Origin: Macrostomum hystrix
Taxonomy: Eukaryota; Animalia; Platyhelminthes
Direction of reading: 5' to 3'
Assembly: GCA_950097015.1 (NCBI GenBank)
Contig: CATNEN010000029.1
Coordinates: 4,402,001 to 4,466,000, forward strand
Length of the DNA stretch: 64,000 nucleotides
In this document: positions 50,801 through 57,666 of the stretch, piece by piece
Layout: each line of letters starts with the position of its first letter
How positions within the stretch are numbered: the first letter of the stretch is position 1
The notes under the pieces: model-generated
The model's database searches: none
What the model was told of the DNA's origin: nothing
What the model saw: the letters and a program-made list of their open reading frames with translations, nothing else
Position numbers and translations under genes: made by a program

Positions 50801-53800
50801 GTGATACAGGCATTCACCTGTGATACAGGCATTCACCTGTTATACAGGCATTCACCTGTTATACAGGCATTCACCTGTTATACAGGCATTCACCTGTTAT
50901 ACAGGCATTCACCTGTTATACAGGCATTCACCTGTTATACAGGCATTCACCTGTTATACAGGCATTCACCTGTTATACAGGCATTCACCTGTTATACAGG
51001 CATTCACCTGTTATACAGGCATTCACCTGTTATACAGGCATTCACCTGTTATACAGGCATTCACCTGTTATACAGGCATTCACCTGTTATACAGGCATTA
51101 ACCTGTTATACAGGCATTCACCTGTTCTACACCTGTTCCTGTTCTACCTGTTAGACAAGCATTCACATGTTAGACAGGCATTCACTGGTTAGAATGGCAT
51201 TCACGTGTTAGATGGTGTCCCTAACATGCCATTTTTAATGTAGATTTTTAAAAAAGTTGATCACAGCAAGAAATTGATCAACTTACATCGTTGCAGAAGT
51301 CCACATAAATCTGAAATGAAAAATATAAAAGATGCAATCGAAACTGGCTTACCTGTCATCGGTCTAGTCATGGCAGTTTTTTTTAAAGATATTAGAAAGT
51401 ATACTAACAACATGAAATAAAATCTGTGCTTTTAATTATTGGTGTCTGGATCCTTTGTTTGATCCTTAGTTTAATTATACCCATATTATATATTTTTTAA
51501 TTATTCGACTTTTCATTCGATTCTTCGTCATATCTTTTCTTTTCATTTTATAGCTATATTCTTCGTTCGATTCTTCGTTCGATTCTTCGTTCGACTCTTC
51601 GTTCGATTCTTCGTTCGATTCTTAATTCGATTCTTCATTCGATTCTTCGTTCGGTTTTTAATCCGATTCTCTTTTGTTTTCTATTTTTTGCTTAATTCTA
51701 CAAGCCAGACACTTATTCTAAATGATCTAGTAGTAGATTAGGATCCGATTGATCCCAGACTCCACCCGACTCTAGATAATGGGCAGCAGCAGGCAGCTCA
51801 CAGTCAGCTGTTCACCCAGCAGCTCAACTGAGTCGGCCATCTCCAAGGAGCGACGCATAAGGCCAACGCCATCCGTCAGGCTGTCGATTCGGGCGCGCAG
51901 TTTCGCCAGCTTCAACGCCTCCGGCGAAGCCGACGCTGACATTGAGTCTCTTGTCTGAGCGGCTTGTCGACGCCGGTGCTCGAATTCCAGCAGCAGCGCC
52001 GCGTCCTCGGCCGAGTTATCCGCCTCCTCCTGGCCCAGAGAGGCTTCGAGCATCGTCTGCGTGTTCGGAGTGAAATAATTCGGCTGAACTGCTGATCTGC
52101 TATGCAACTTAGCTGCATTCTACCCTGCAATCTGGTTGCATTCTACCCTGCAACTTGGCTGCATTCTACCCTGCAATCTGGTTACATTCTACCCTGCAAT
52201 CTGGTTACATTCTACCCTGCAATCTGGTTGCATTCTACCCTGCAATCTGGTTGCATTCTACACTGCAATCTGGTTGCATTCTACCTGCAACCTGGTTGCA
52301 TTCTACCCTGCAATCTGGTTGCATTCTACCCTGCAATCTGGTTGCATTCTACCCTGAAATCTGGTTGCATTCTACCCTGCAATCTGGTTGCATTCTACAC
52401 TGCAATCTGGTTGCATTCTACCTGCAACCTGGTTGCATTCTACCCTGCAATCTGGTTGCATTCTACCCTGCAACTTGGCTGCATTCTACCCTGTAATCTG
52501 GTTACATTCTACCCTGCAATCTGGTTGCATTCTACCCTGCAATCTGGTTGCATTCTACCCTGCAATCTGGTTGCATTCTACCTGCAACCTGGTTGCATTC
52601 TACCCTGCAATCTGGTTGCATTCTACCCTGCAATCTGGTTGCATTCTACCCTGCAATCTGGTTGCATTCTACCCTGCAATCTGGTTGCATTCTACCCTGA
52701 AATCTGGTTGCATTCTACCCTGAAATCTGGTTGCATTCTACCCTGAAATCTGGTTGCATTCTACCTGCAACCGGGTTACATTCTACCCTGAAATCTAGTT
52801 GCATTCTACCCTGCAATCTGGTTGCATTCTACCCTGCAATCTGGTTGCATTCTACCCTGCAATCTGGTTGCATTCTACCCTGCAATCTGGTTGCATTCTA
52901 CCCTGCAATCTGGTTGCATTCTACCTACAACCTGGTTGCATTCTACCCTGAAATCTGGTTGCATTCTTCCCTGCAATCTGCTTGCATTCTACCCTGCAAT
53001 CTGGTTGCATTCTACCTACAACCTGGTTGCATTCTACCCTGAAATCTGGTTGCATTCTTCCCTGCAATCTGCTTGCATTCTACCCTGCAATCTGGTTGTA
53101 ATCTACCTGCAATCTGGTTGCATTCTACCCTGCAATCTGGTTGCATTCTACACTGCAATCTGGTTGCATTCTACCTGCAATCTGGTTGTATTCTACCCTG
53201 CAATCTGGTTGCATTCTACCCTGAAATCTGGTTACATTCTACCCTGCAATCTGGTTGCATTCTACCTGCAACCTGGTTGCATTCTACCCTGCAATCTGGT
53301 TGCATTCTACCCTGCAATCTGGTTGCATTCTACCCTGCAATCTGGTTGCATTCTACACTGCAATCTGGTTGCATTCTACCTGCAACCTGGTTGCATTCTA
53401 CCCTGCAATCTGGTTGCATTCTACCCTGCAATCTGGTTGCATTCTACCCTGAAATCTGGTTGCATTCTACCCTGCAATCTGGTTGCATTCTACACTGCAA
53501 TCTGGTTGCATTCTACCTGCAACCTGGTTGCATTCTACCCTGCAATCTGGTTGCATTCTACCCTGCAACTTGGCTGCATTCTACCCTGTAATCTGGTTAC
53601 ATTCTACCCTGCAATCTGGTTGCATTCTACCCTGCAATCTGGTTGCATTCTACCCTGCAATCTGGTTGCATTCTACCTGCAACCTGGTTGCATTCTACCC
53701 TGCAATCTGGTTGCATTCTACCCTGCAATCTGGTTGCATTCTACCCTGCAATCTGGTTGCATTCTACCCTGCAATCTGGTTGCATTCTACCCTGAAATCT

Positions 53801-55965
53801 GGTTGCATTCTACCCTGAAATCTGGTTGCATTCTACCCTGAAATCTGGTTGCATTCTACCTGCAACCGGGTTACATTCTACCCTGAAATCTAGTTGCATT
53901 CTACCCTGCAATCTGGTTGCATTCTACCCTGCAATCTGGTTGCATTCTACCCTGCAATCTGGTTGCATTCTACCCTGCAATCTGGTTGCATTCTACCCTG
54001 CAATCTGGTTGCATTCTACCTACAACCTGGTTGCATTCTACCCTGAAATCTGGTTGCATTCTTCCCTGCAATCTGCTTGCATTCTACCCTGCAATCTGGT
54101 TGCATTCTACCTACAACCTGGTTGCATTCTACCCTGAAATCTGGTTGCATTCTTCCCTGCAATCTGCTTGCATTCTACCCTGCAATCTGGTTGTAATCTA
54201 CCTGCAATCTGGTTGCATTCTACCCTGCAATCTGGTTGCATTCTACACTGCAATCTGGTTGCATTCTACCTGCAATCTGGTTGTATTCTACCCTGCAATC
54301 TGGTTGCATTCTACCCTGAAATCTGGTTACATTCTACCCTGCAATCCGGTTGCATTCTACCCTGCAATCTGGTTGCATTCTACCCTGCAATCTGGTTGCA
54401 TTCTACCCTGCAATCTGGTTTCATTCTACCCTGCAATCTGGTTGCATTCTACCCTGCAATCTGGTTTCATTCTACCCTGCAATCTGGTTGCATTCTACCC
54501 TGCAATCTGGTTGCATTCTACCCTGCAATCTGGTTGCATTCTACCCTGCAATCTGGTTGCATTCTACCCTGCAATCTGGTTTCATTCTACCCTGCAATCT
54601 GGTTGCATTCTACCCTGCAATCTGGTTTCATTCTACCCTGCAATCTGGTTGCATTCTACCCTGCAATCCGGTTGCATTCTACCCTGCAATCTGGTTGCAT
54701 TCTACCCCGCAATCTGGTTTCATTCTACCCTGCAATCTGGTTGCATTCTCGGGTGGCCTTCTTTAACTTGGGGGGAGTTTTATAAAATTAATTGTTAATT
54801 TAGTTGCATGGACGGGAAGTTTCAAATCTAGCATGAAAAAAATTATTTCTACACGGAGTCACTAATTTGAGTCTAGCGTGGTCAACACTCCTTTGCTTAT
54901 TTCTGGCTTCTTAAAAAAATCAGCAAATTTCTGGACGCATTGAAGCAGCCTAGCCGGATAGCACATACTCGTATAATATATAAAAGTTAATTAAAGGAAT
55001 CCCATCCTTGCTGCTAAGCACTCAGAAGTGCGAAACTGGGTGCCACTTTTCCCATCAGTGCCTCTTCCTTCTGAGTCCTCGGCTTAAACCGCATGAGAGC
55101 CAGTGTGAAGCGGTCTGCAAATCCCGCGCTCAGATTCCTGAGCCCAAAGGATTGGCAAATTTATCCCACCCCGCCAGCCATCGTTCAATCTGCGTCTACA
55201 GTGAGTGGGTGGCAAGGTCAGGAACTGGCTCATCTGGTGCCACATCTCGACTTTTTTAAAGCTGGGAATGTTAACCAGTGAGTGGCAAGTCTCAGGTAAT
55301 TAGACGCCGCATGAAGAGATGATGAAGAACCTGGACTCAAGGGAACCTGGACTCAAGGGAACCTGGACTCAAGGGAACCTGGACTCAAGGGAACCTGGAC
55401 TCAAGGGAACCTGGACTCAAGGGAGCCTGGACTCAGGGGAACCTGGACTCAAGGGAACCTGGACTCAAGGGAACCTGGACTCAAGGGAACCTAGACTCAA
55501 GGGAACCTGGACTCAAGGGAGCCTGGACTCAAGGGAGCCTGGACTCAAGGGAACCTGGACTCAAGGGAACCTGGACTCAAGGGAACCTGGACTCAAGGGA
55601 GCCTGGACTCAAGGGAACCTGGACTCAAGGGAACCTGGACTCAAGGGAGCCTGGACTCAGGGGAACCTGGACTCAAGGGAACCTGGACTCAAGGGAACCT
55701 GGACTCAAGGGAACCTGGACTCAAGGGAACCTGGACTCAAGGGAACCTGGACTCAAGGAAACCTGGACTCAAGGGAACCTGGACTCAAGGGAACCTGGAC
55801 TCAAACATGTAAGTCACATCTAAAAGGCATACTCAAAAAGCATACATGAAGCCGTCTTTCGACACCCTCCAGTCGGTCTAGGTGGGCCGTGCCGATCAGA
55901 GTCACGGCCGCCTCGCGTACCTCCGTGACCTTTGAACGTACCTCGGACAGTTCGGACTGAATGTT
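17847..55965 (-). CDS. Dys: Dystrophin/utrophin-family gene, rod to C-terminus; 5' end probably outside window
   Basis: WW ([21 protein letters not shown]), [46 protein letters not shown] (CSACK..CLKC..CQQCFF..H...H), [32 protein letters not shown]; 19 exons close in one frame. Confidence 0.97.
19035..19230 (-). CDS. Dys: Dystrophin exon ([14 protein letters not shown]..., syntrophin-binding-like motif and coiled coil 1)
   Basis: acacag| phase 2; resembles human DDEHLLIQHYCQSL; CAG|gtattg. Confidence 0.85.
19475..20148. repeat. 25-bp minisatellite
   Basis: ggaaagtacaacctaggaggagatt. Confidence 0.95.
20536..20851 (-). mobile_element. SINE family A, full length, (ATT)n tail
   Basis: Reverse complement of 36622 copy; I counted 4 mismatches in ~300 bp. 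Confidence 0.9.
20940..21238 (-). mobile_element. SINE family B, diverged copy
   Basis: Reverse complement matches head (gcagagcagt.taacgcgtctgcctctcgc) and tail (ccgcagccctcctgcaatta). Confidence 0.75.
21277..21335 (+). mobile_element. SINE family A deleted remnant
   Basis: tgtagcc..gtggttag joined to ccccagtccacggactgaacagctgtac. Confidence 0.6.
22190..22420 (+). mobile_element. Dispersed repeat family D
   Basis: Reverse complement of 39555-39784 plus 40247-40268. Confidence 0.7.
22522..23111 (-). CDS. Dys: Dystrophin exon: ZZ zinc finger, GYLPV, poly-Pro
   Basis: gtacag|...GG|gtaaga; ORF 22518..23039. Confidence 0.97.
23185..23900. repeat. Duplicated element copy 1: GC-rich core flanked by 35-bp repeats
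   Basis: Direct copy at 25115-25625; monomer aatgtacattggtttggaagggaattccaaaagtg. Confidence 0.8.
24520..24930. repeat. 14/16-bp minisatellite
   Basis: cactcagatcccaa / cactcagatccatcta. Confidence 0.95.
24950..25085 (+). mobile_element. Old tRNA-SINE fragment (family A-like)
   Basis: agttcgaatctc B box; attgcttgagttctaccagctgtaaaatg. Confidence 0.5.
25115..25625. repeat. Duplicated element copy 2
   Basis: Same core and 35-bp monomers, ~1.93 kb from copy 1 in the same intron. Confidence 0.8.
25687..26064 (-). CDS. Dys: Dystrophin exon: EF-hand region (VTSCLAGLY...VRSCFEK)
   Basis: gcgcag|...|gtgcga; [29 protein letters not shown]. Confidence 0.97.
26300..26485. repeat. ~26-bp minisatellite
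   Basis: cccaaagtgggatcttcgcccca. Confidence 0.9.
26524..27273 (-). CDS. Dys: Dystrophin exon: last repeat, WW domain, start of EF-hand region
   Basis: ctctag|...CAG|gttggt, 250 codons; WW and [10 protein letters not shown] motifs. Confidence 0.95.
27378..28067 (-). CDS. Dys: Dystrophin exon, late spectrin repeats (ALDADADLL...SRGP)
   Basis: aaccgcag|...|gtgaga, 230 codons; ORF 27333..27893. Confidence 0.9.
28073..28228. repeat. (GGTT)n microsatellite abutting a 3' splice site
   Basis: ~39 perfect units. Confidence 0.97.
28600..28880 (+). mobile_element. Degenerate RTE-like LINE reverse-transcriptase remnant
   Basis: [16 protein letters not shown], then frameshifted [20 protein letters not shown] (FxYLG and LLYNAETWTL-type motifs). 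Confidence 0.7.
29629..29904 (-). CDS. Dys: Dystrophin exon (NTAENLNQQ...ASLLK)
   Basis: ttgtag|...|gtgaca, 92 codons; ORF 29614..29889. Confidence 0.85.
30149..30277 (-). CDS. Dys: Dystrophin Q-rich exon (VLATNQQR...KLNST)
   Basis: cttcag|...|gtaagt, 43 codons. Confidence 0.8.
30338..30440. repeat. (CTCCT)n microsatellite
   Basis: Perfect pentamer run. Confidence 0.97.
30484..31058 (-). CDS. Dys: Dystrophin first common exon ([12 protein letters not shown]...IQLQET)
   Basis: aatcag| phase 1; |gtgaga; ORF 30328..31059. Confidence 0.9.
32510..32740 (+). mobile_element. SINE family A, internally deleted
   Basis: B box and 3' tail match 36622 copy; central domain partly missing. Confidence 0.85.
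33415..34140. repeat. 8/9-bp compound satellite
   Basis: gaaactgt / gagaactgt. Confidence 0.95.
34510..34765. repeat. 17-bp minisatellite
   Basis: catgaaacattcagtta. Confidence 0.95.
34876..35806 (-). CDS. Dys: Alternative first coding exon of a short dystrophin isoform (310-aa unique N-terminus MASFWGSRF...)
   Basis: ORF 34781..35806; in-frame stop upstream; donor G|gtgagt phase 1, same phase as the 46077 exon. Confidence 0.7.
35816..35921 (-). promoter_or_regulatory. Candidate internal core promoter: TATAAATA (35914-35921), Inr-like CTAGTC (A at 35890), short 5'UTR exon, 40-nt 5'UTR intron (35816-35855)
   Basis: TATA starts 31 nt upstream of the Inr-like A; CCA|gtgagt...tcgccag| lies 9 nt before the ATG. 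Confidence 0.55.
36622..36927 (+). mobile_element. tRNA-derived SINE family A (Meta/CORE-like central domain), full length, poly(A) tail
   Basis: A box TAGCCTAGTGG, B box GGTTCGATTCC, GTGTCCTTTAGCAAGACACTTAAC...CACCCAGCTG..ATGGGTACC; no CCA/terminator of a tRNA gene. Confidence 0.9.
37090..37720. repeat. AG-rich degenerate minisatellite
   Basis: gagagaatggggagggaatagagagagtatggaggggagaaca. Confidence 0.85.
38330..38780. repeat. (GGAATAGAAT)n satellite
   Basis: 10-bp period. Confidence 0.95.
39555..39784 (-). mobile_element. Family D repeat interrupted by a LINE
   Basis: Matches the 22190 copy up to the LINE target site. Confidence 0.7.
39785..40246 (-). mobile_element. 5'-truncated non-LTR retrotransposon (I/R1/Loa-type ORF2 C-terminal zinc knuckle), 12-bp TSD
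   Basis: ORF 39897..40250 [19 protein letters not shown]; TSD ACAAGGACAGCT at 39773-39784 and 40247-40258; TAAGTCAAG repeat tail. Confidence 0.88.
40262..40560 (+). mobile_element. Family C repeat, partial
   Basis: tcctgtggttgagctgcgcc...ccttcggccagaaacattgaa. Confidence 0.75.
40985..41460. repeat. (TGTCTCAYTC)n grading into (CTCA)n
   Basis: 10-bp then 4-bp period. Confidence 0.95.
42184..42325. promoter_or_regulatory. Cluster of 4 MEF2-consensus sites (CTAAAAATAG) and 3 CACGTG E-boxes in a dystrophin intron
   Basis: CTAAAAATAG at 42184, 42206, 42247, 42288; GTCACGTGAC at 42221, 42262; GTCACGTG at 42318; includes a 41-bp duplication. Confidence 0.4.
43680..46005. repeat. 39/40-bp minisatellite, ~2.3 kb
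   Basis: atggattgctagactattctgtgacggttgatgggataga; ~636-bp higher-order period. Confidence 0.97.
46077..46233 (-). CDS. Dys: Dystrophin exon (MMSPRPVSS...SLRKE)
   Basis: tcgaag|...G|gtgaga, phase 1 end matches exon starting 31058. Confidence 0.75.
46308..46715 (-). CDS. Dys: Dystrophin exon (AKAEHSRL...FQAWETE)
   Basis: tgccag|...|gtgagg; spectrin-repeat tryptophans (LQAW, NDWQ, ADWL). Confidence 0.9.
46733..47012. repeat. (GGATGGTGGGTT)n 12-mer array
   Basis: ~23 perfect units; reverse complement of 48402-48855. Confidence 0.97.
47574..48048 (-). CDS. Dys: Dystrophin exon (IGQGNF...RQALVR)
   Basis: ctgcag|...|gtgagt, phase 2 to 0; ORF 47565..48020. Confidence 0.85.
48145..48299 (-). CDS. 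Dys: Dystrophin exon (FVSPRAAQL...IAGSL)
   Basis: gtccag|...AG|gtaaga, phase 0 to 2. Confidence 0.8.
48402..48855. repeat. (AACCCACCATCC)n 12-mer array
   Basis: ~37 units, some ATCCCACCATCC variants. Confidence 0.97.
48876..48998 (-). CDS. Dys: Dystrophin exon ([10 protein letters not shown]...SSDAT)
   Basis: cttcag|...|gtgaga, 41 codons. Confidence 0.85.
49074..49279 (-). CDS. Dys: Dystrophin exon ([11 protein letters not shown]...FELMQLR)
   Basis: tgacag|...|gtgagt; ORF 49026..49286. Confidence 0.85.
49330..50105. repeat. 17-bp minisatellite
   Basis: gatgtcagtgagtgtgt. Confidence 0.95.
50723..50741 (-). CDS. Dys: Dystrophin 19-nt microexon (VNAKLQ)
   Basis: tataacag|GTGAATGCAAAACTGCAAG|gtaaaa; only exon I found that supplies the phase 0 to 1 change needed. 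Confidence 0.7.
50734..51125. repeat. 19-bp minisatellite equal to a splice junction
   Basis: Minus-sense monomer CTGTATAACAG|GTGAATGC x~20. Confidence 0.95.
51287..51310 (-). CDS. Dys: Dystrophin 24-nt microexon (IYVDFCND)
   Basis: ttcatttcag|...|gtaagt; completes the helix [24 protein letters not shown]. Confidence 0.75.
51555..51655. repeat. 12-bp repeat
   Basis: ttcttcgttcga. Confidence 0.85.
51802..52056 (-). CDS. Dys: Dystrophin exon (TMLEASLGQ...ELLGEQLT)
   Basis: acgcag|...|gtgagc, 85 codons; ORF 51772..52107. Confidence 0.8.
52105..54750. repeat. 22/23-bp minisatellite, ~2.65 kb, 1095-bp block duplication
   Basis: gcattctaccctgcaatctggtt; ORF-track starts 52388/53483, 52731/53826, 52822/53917, 53073/54168 all differ by 1095. 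Confidence 0.97.
55327..55803. repeat. 16-bp minisatellite
   Basis: aagggaacctggactc. Confidence 0.97.
55846..55965 (-). CDS. Dys: Dystrophin exon ([13 protein letters not shown]...ERRLH)
   Basis: ttttag|...|gtatgc, 40 codons, spectrin-like. Confidence 0.8.
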
Positions 55966-56004
55966 CTAAAAATAGAAAAAATGCGGCGGGTTGAGGTGCA
56001 AATC

Positions 56005-56200
56005 AGGATGGGTTGAGGCATTGCTTATCAGGTTGAGAGCTGAGGCATTGTTTATCAGAGTGAGGGGTTGCGGCATTGCTTATCAGGGTGAGGGGTTGGG
56101 GCATTGCTTATCAGGGTGAGGGGTTGGGTCATTGCTTATCAGGGTGTGGAGTTGTGGCATTGCTTATCAGGGTGAGGGGTTTTGGCATTGCTTATCAGAA
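56005..56200. repeat. ~27-bp minisatellite
   Basis: ggcattgcttatcagggtgaggggttg. Confidence 0.85.
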
Positions 56201-57155
56201 TGAAAGTTGGAATATTGGTTATTTCTTGAAAATTGTAATAGCTATATTTTCCTTATAAATAATAGTCTTTGTACTATTCGCGGATTCTTGTTTGCTCCCT
56301 TCCTTCTCATTTCCCTTCTCCTTCCTCCCCTCTCCCCTATCTCCCGGTCGATTTGCCGGAATCTTCAAGTCTTTACCTTTGCCCCTTAACAGGGGCAAAC
56401 TGTTGCACCTGCAGACTGATGCTGCTGCTGCTGCTGCTTCGCCCTTTCCAATGAGCACAGCAGAGCTGAGCAGAGCATGAAAATAAAGATTGGGCTACGA
56501 GTATATTAAAGCTAACTCAGCCTGTACTAGCAATGACCTGTGCAGCATTGCATTGCAGTAAATAGCTCATAGGCTGCCCGGCGCAGGTAAACTCCATGTT
56601 ATTTTTGGAAAGTCAGAACTAGCAGCATTCTAGGAAAAAACTTATTTTGCCCAATTAACTAGCCTCCTGGTATAGGTATAAGGAGGTCGACCGCCAGAGG
56701 GGATCTGTTAGAGCTAATTGGGGAAGAAAAGTGCTCTTAGCGTCTTATGAGCCCTTTGTAGCTTATCTGGCGCGCGTTTGCTGGTATTGAATCCAGGTAT
56801 TGATCAAGTCTGCTTTCAGCTGGGGCCAAGCTTTTACCGGGGATTATTTTCTAGAGTTTGCCCAGCTAATTGCTGATAAAGCTGTAAAAATTGGGCTAAG
56901 TAAGTCCCTTTGGTTTCTAGGCAGCTAGAATATAATTAAAGCAAGGACCGAGTCAAACCTTTATTGAAGACTATTTTTAATTCACCAATTGTAATTCACC
57001 AAAAGAAAAGTACAAGCGCATTTCTTGGAAAACATGTGCAAGTCACGAAAGCTGCACTAATTTAAAAGTACACATCTTTTCAAATAAACCAGGTAATTAA
57101 AGGTGATAGACAATGTGAAAGAAAAAATTAGTTTGTTTTTATCTAGTCTGCTTAC

Positions 57156-57174
57156 CTGAATCTTTAAGTAGAAT
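57156..57174 (-). CDS. Dys: Candidate dystrophin 19-nt microexon (FYLKIQ or ILLKDS)
   Basis: tttaaacag|ATTCTACTTAAAGATTCAG|gtaagc; FYLKIQ|NIQSELSEV reads as a helical repeat; upstream partner not found. Confidence 0.45.
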
Positions 57175-57290
57175 CTGTTTAAAAATATTATCACTTTTTC
57201 TAAGGATTTTAAAATAGATTTAACATGCAAGGGATTTCCGATAATAAATTTATCTCAAATTTATAAGTTAATCTACAATCCCTATCGAAA

Positions 57291-57653
57291 TGGGGAGGGT
57301 CGGTGGCAGAGCGGTTATCGCGTTTGCCTCTCGCACCAAGGTCCCTAAGTTCGATTCCATGGCGAGGCCACATTATTTGGGGCGCAGCCGCGAAGAGAAG
57401 GCTTGGGGGCTTGTCGTGCAATATCAGAGTGGGCCACCCTCCACGGCACAGTGAAATGTACACTGCCTGACGATGAGAAAGTCAAGGCAGATGTACACAC
57501 CTGTGTGAGCGTATGCCTGCGTACAGTATCTGTGTGTGTGTGCTCAGGAGTCAGCGAAATGGGCAGAATTGCCTCCTCGCTGGCTGCGGGTCTAGTGTCA
57601 CTAAATGATGTGCCACTGTCCGCAGTCCTCCTGCAATTATTATTACCATTATT
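57291..57653 (+). mobile_element. tRNA-derived SINE family B, full length, 13-bp TSD
   Basis: A box TGGCAGAGCGG, B box AGTTCGATTCC, (ATT)n tail; ATCCCTATCGAAA at 57278-57290 and 57654-57666. Confidence 0.88.
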
Positions 57654-57666
57654 ATCCCTATCGAAA

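Noticed and set aside
52102-54798. Long Cys/His-rich ORFs (up to 339 aa) on the plus strand
   Set aside because: Translations of the 23-bp array cycling through frames; intronic and antisense to dystrophin. Same for ORFs at 10572, 11422, 15964, 24493, 33364, 37020, 40943, 46645, 48327, 50801, 55319 and 57961.
56377-56465. Exon-like CAG-repeat segment with good acceptor and AAAG|gtaaag donor
   Set aside because: I could not close the frame to the 55965 exon with the strong donor; left unassigned, could be a real cassette exon.
57460-57500. Hammerhead-like CTGACGA...GAAA in SINE B
   Set aside because: Forms a simple hairpin without the three-stem arrangement, and the motif is not kept in the 59770 copy.
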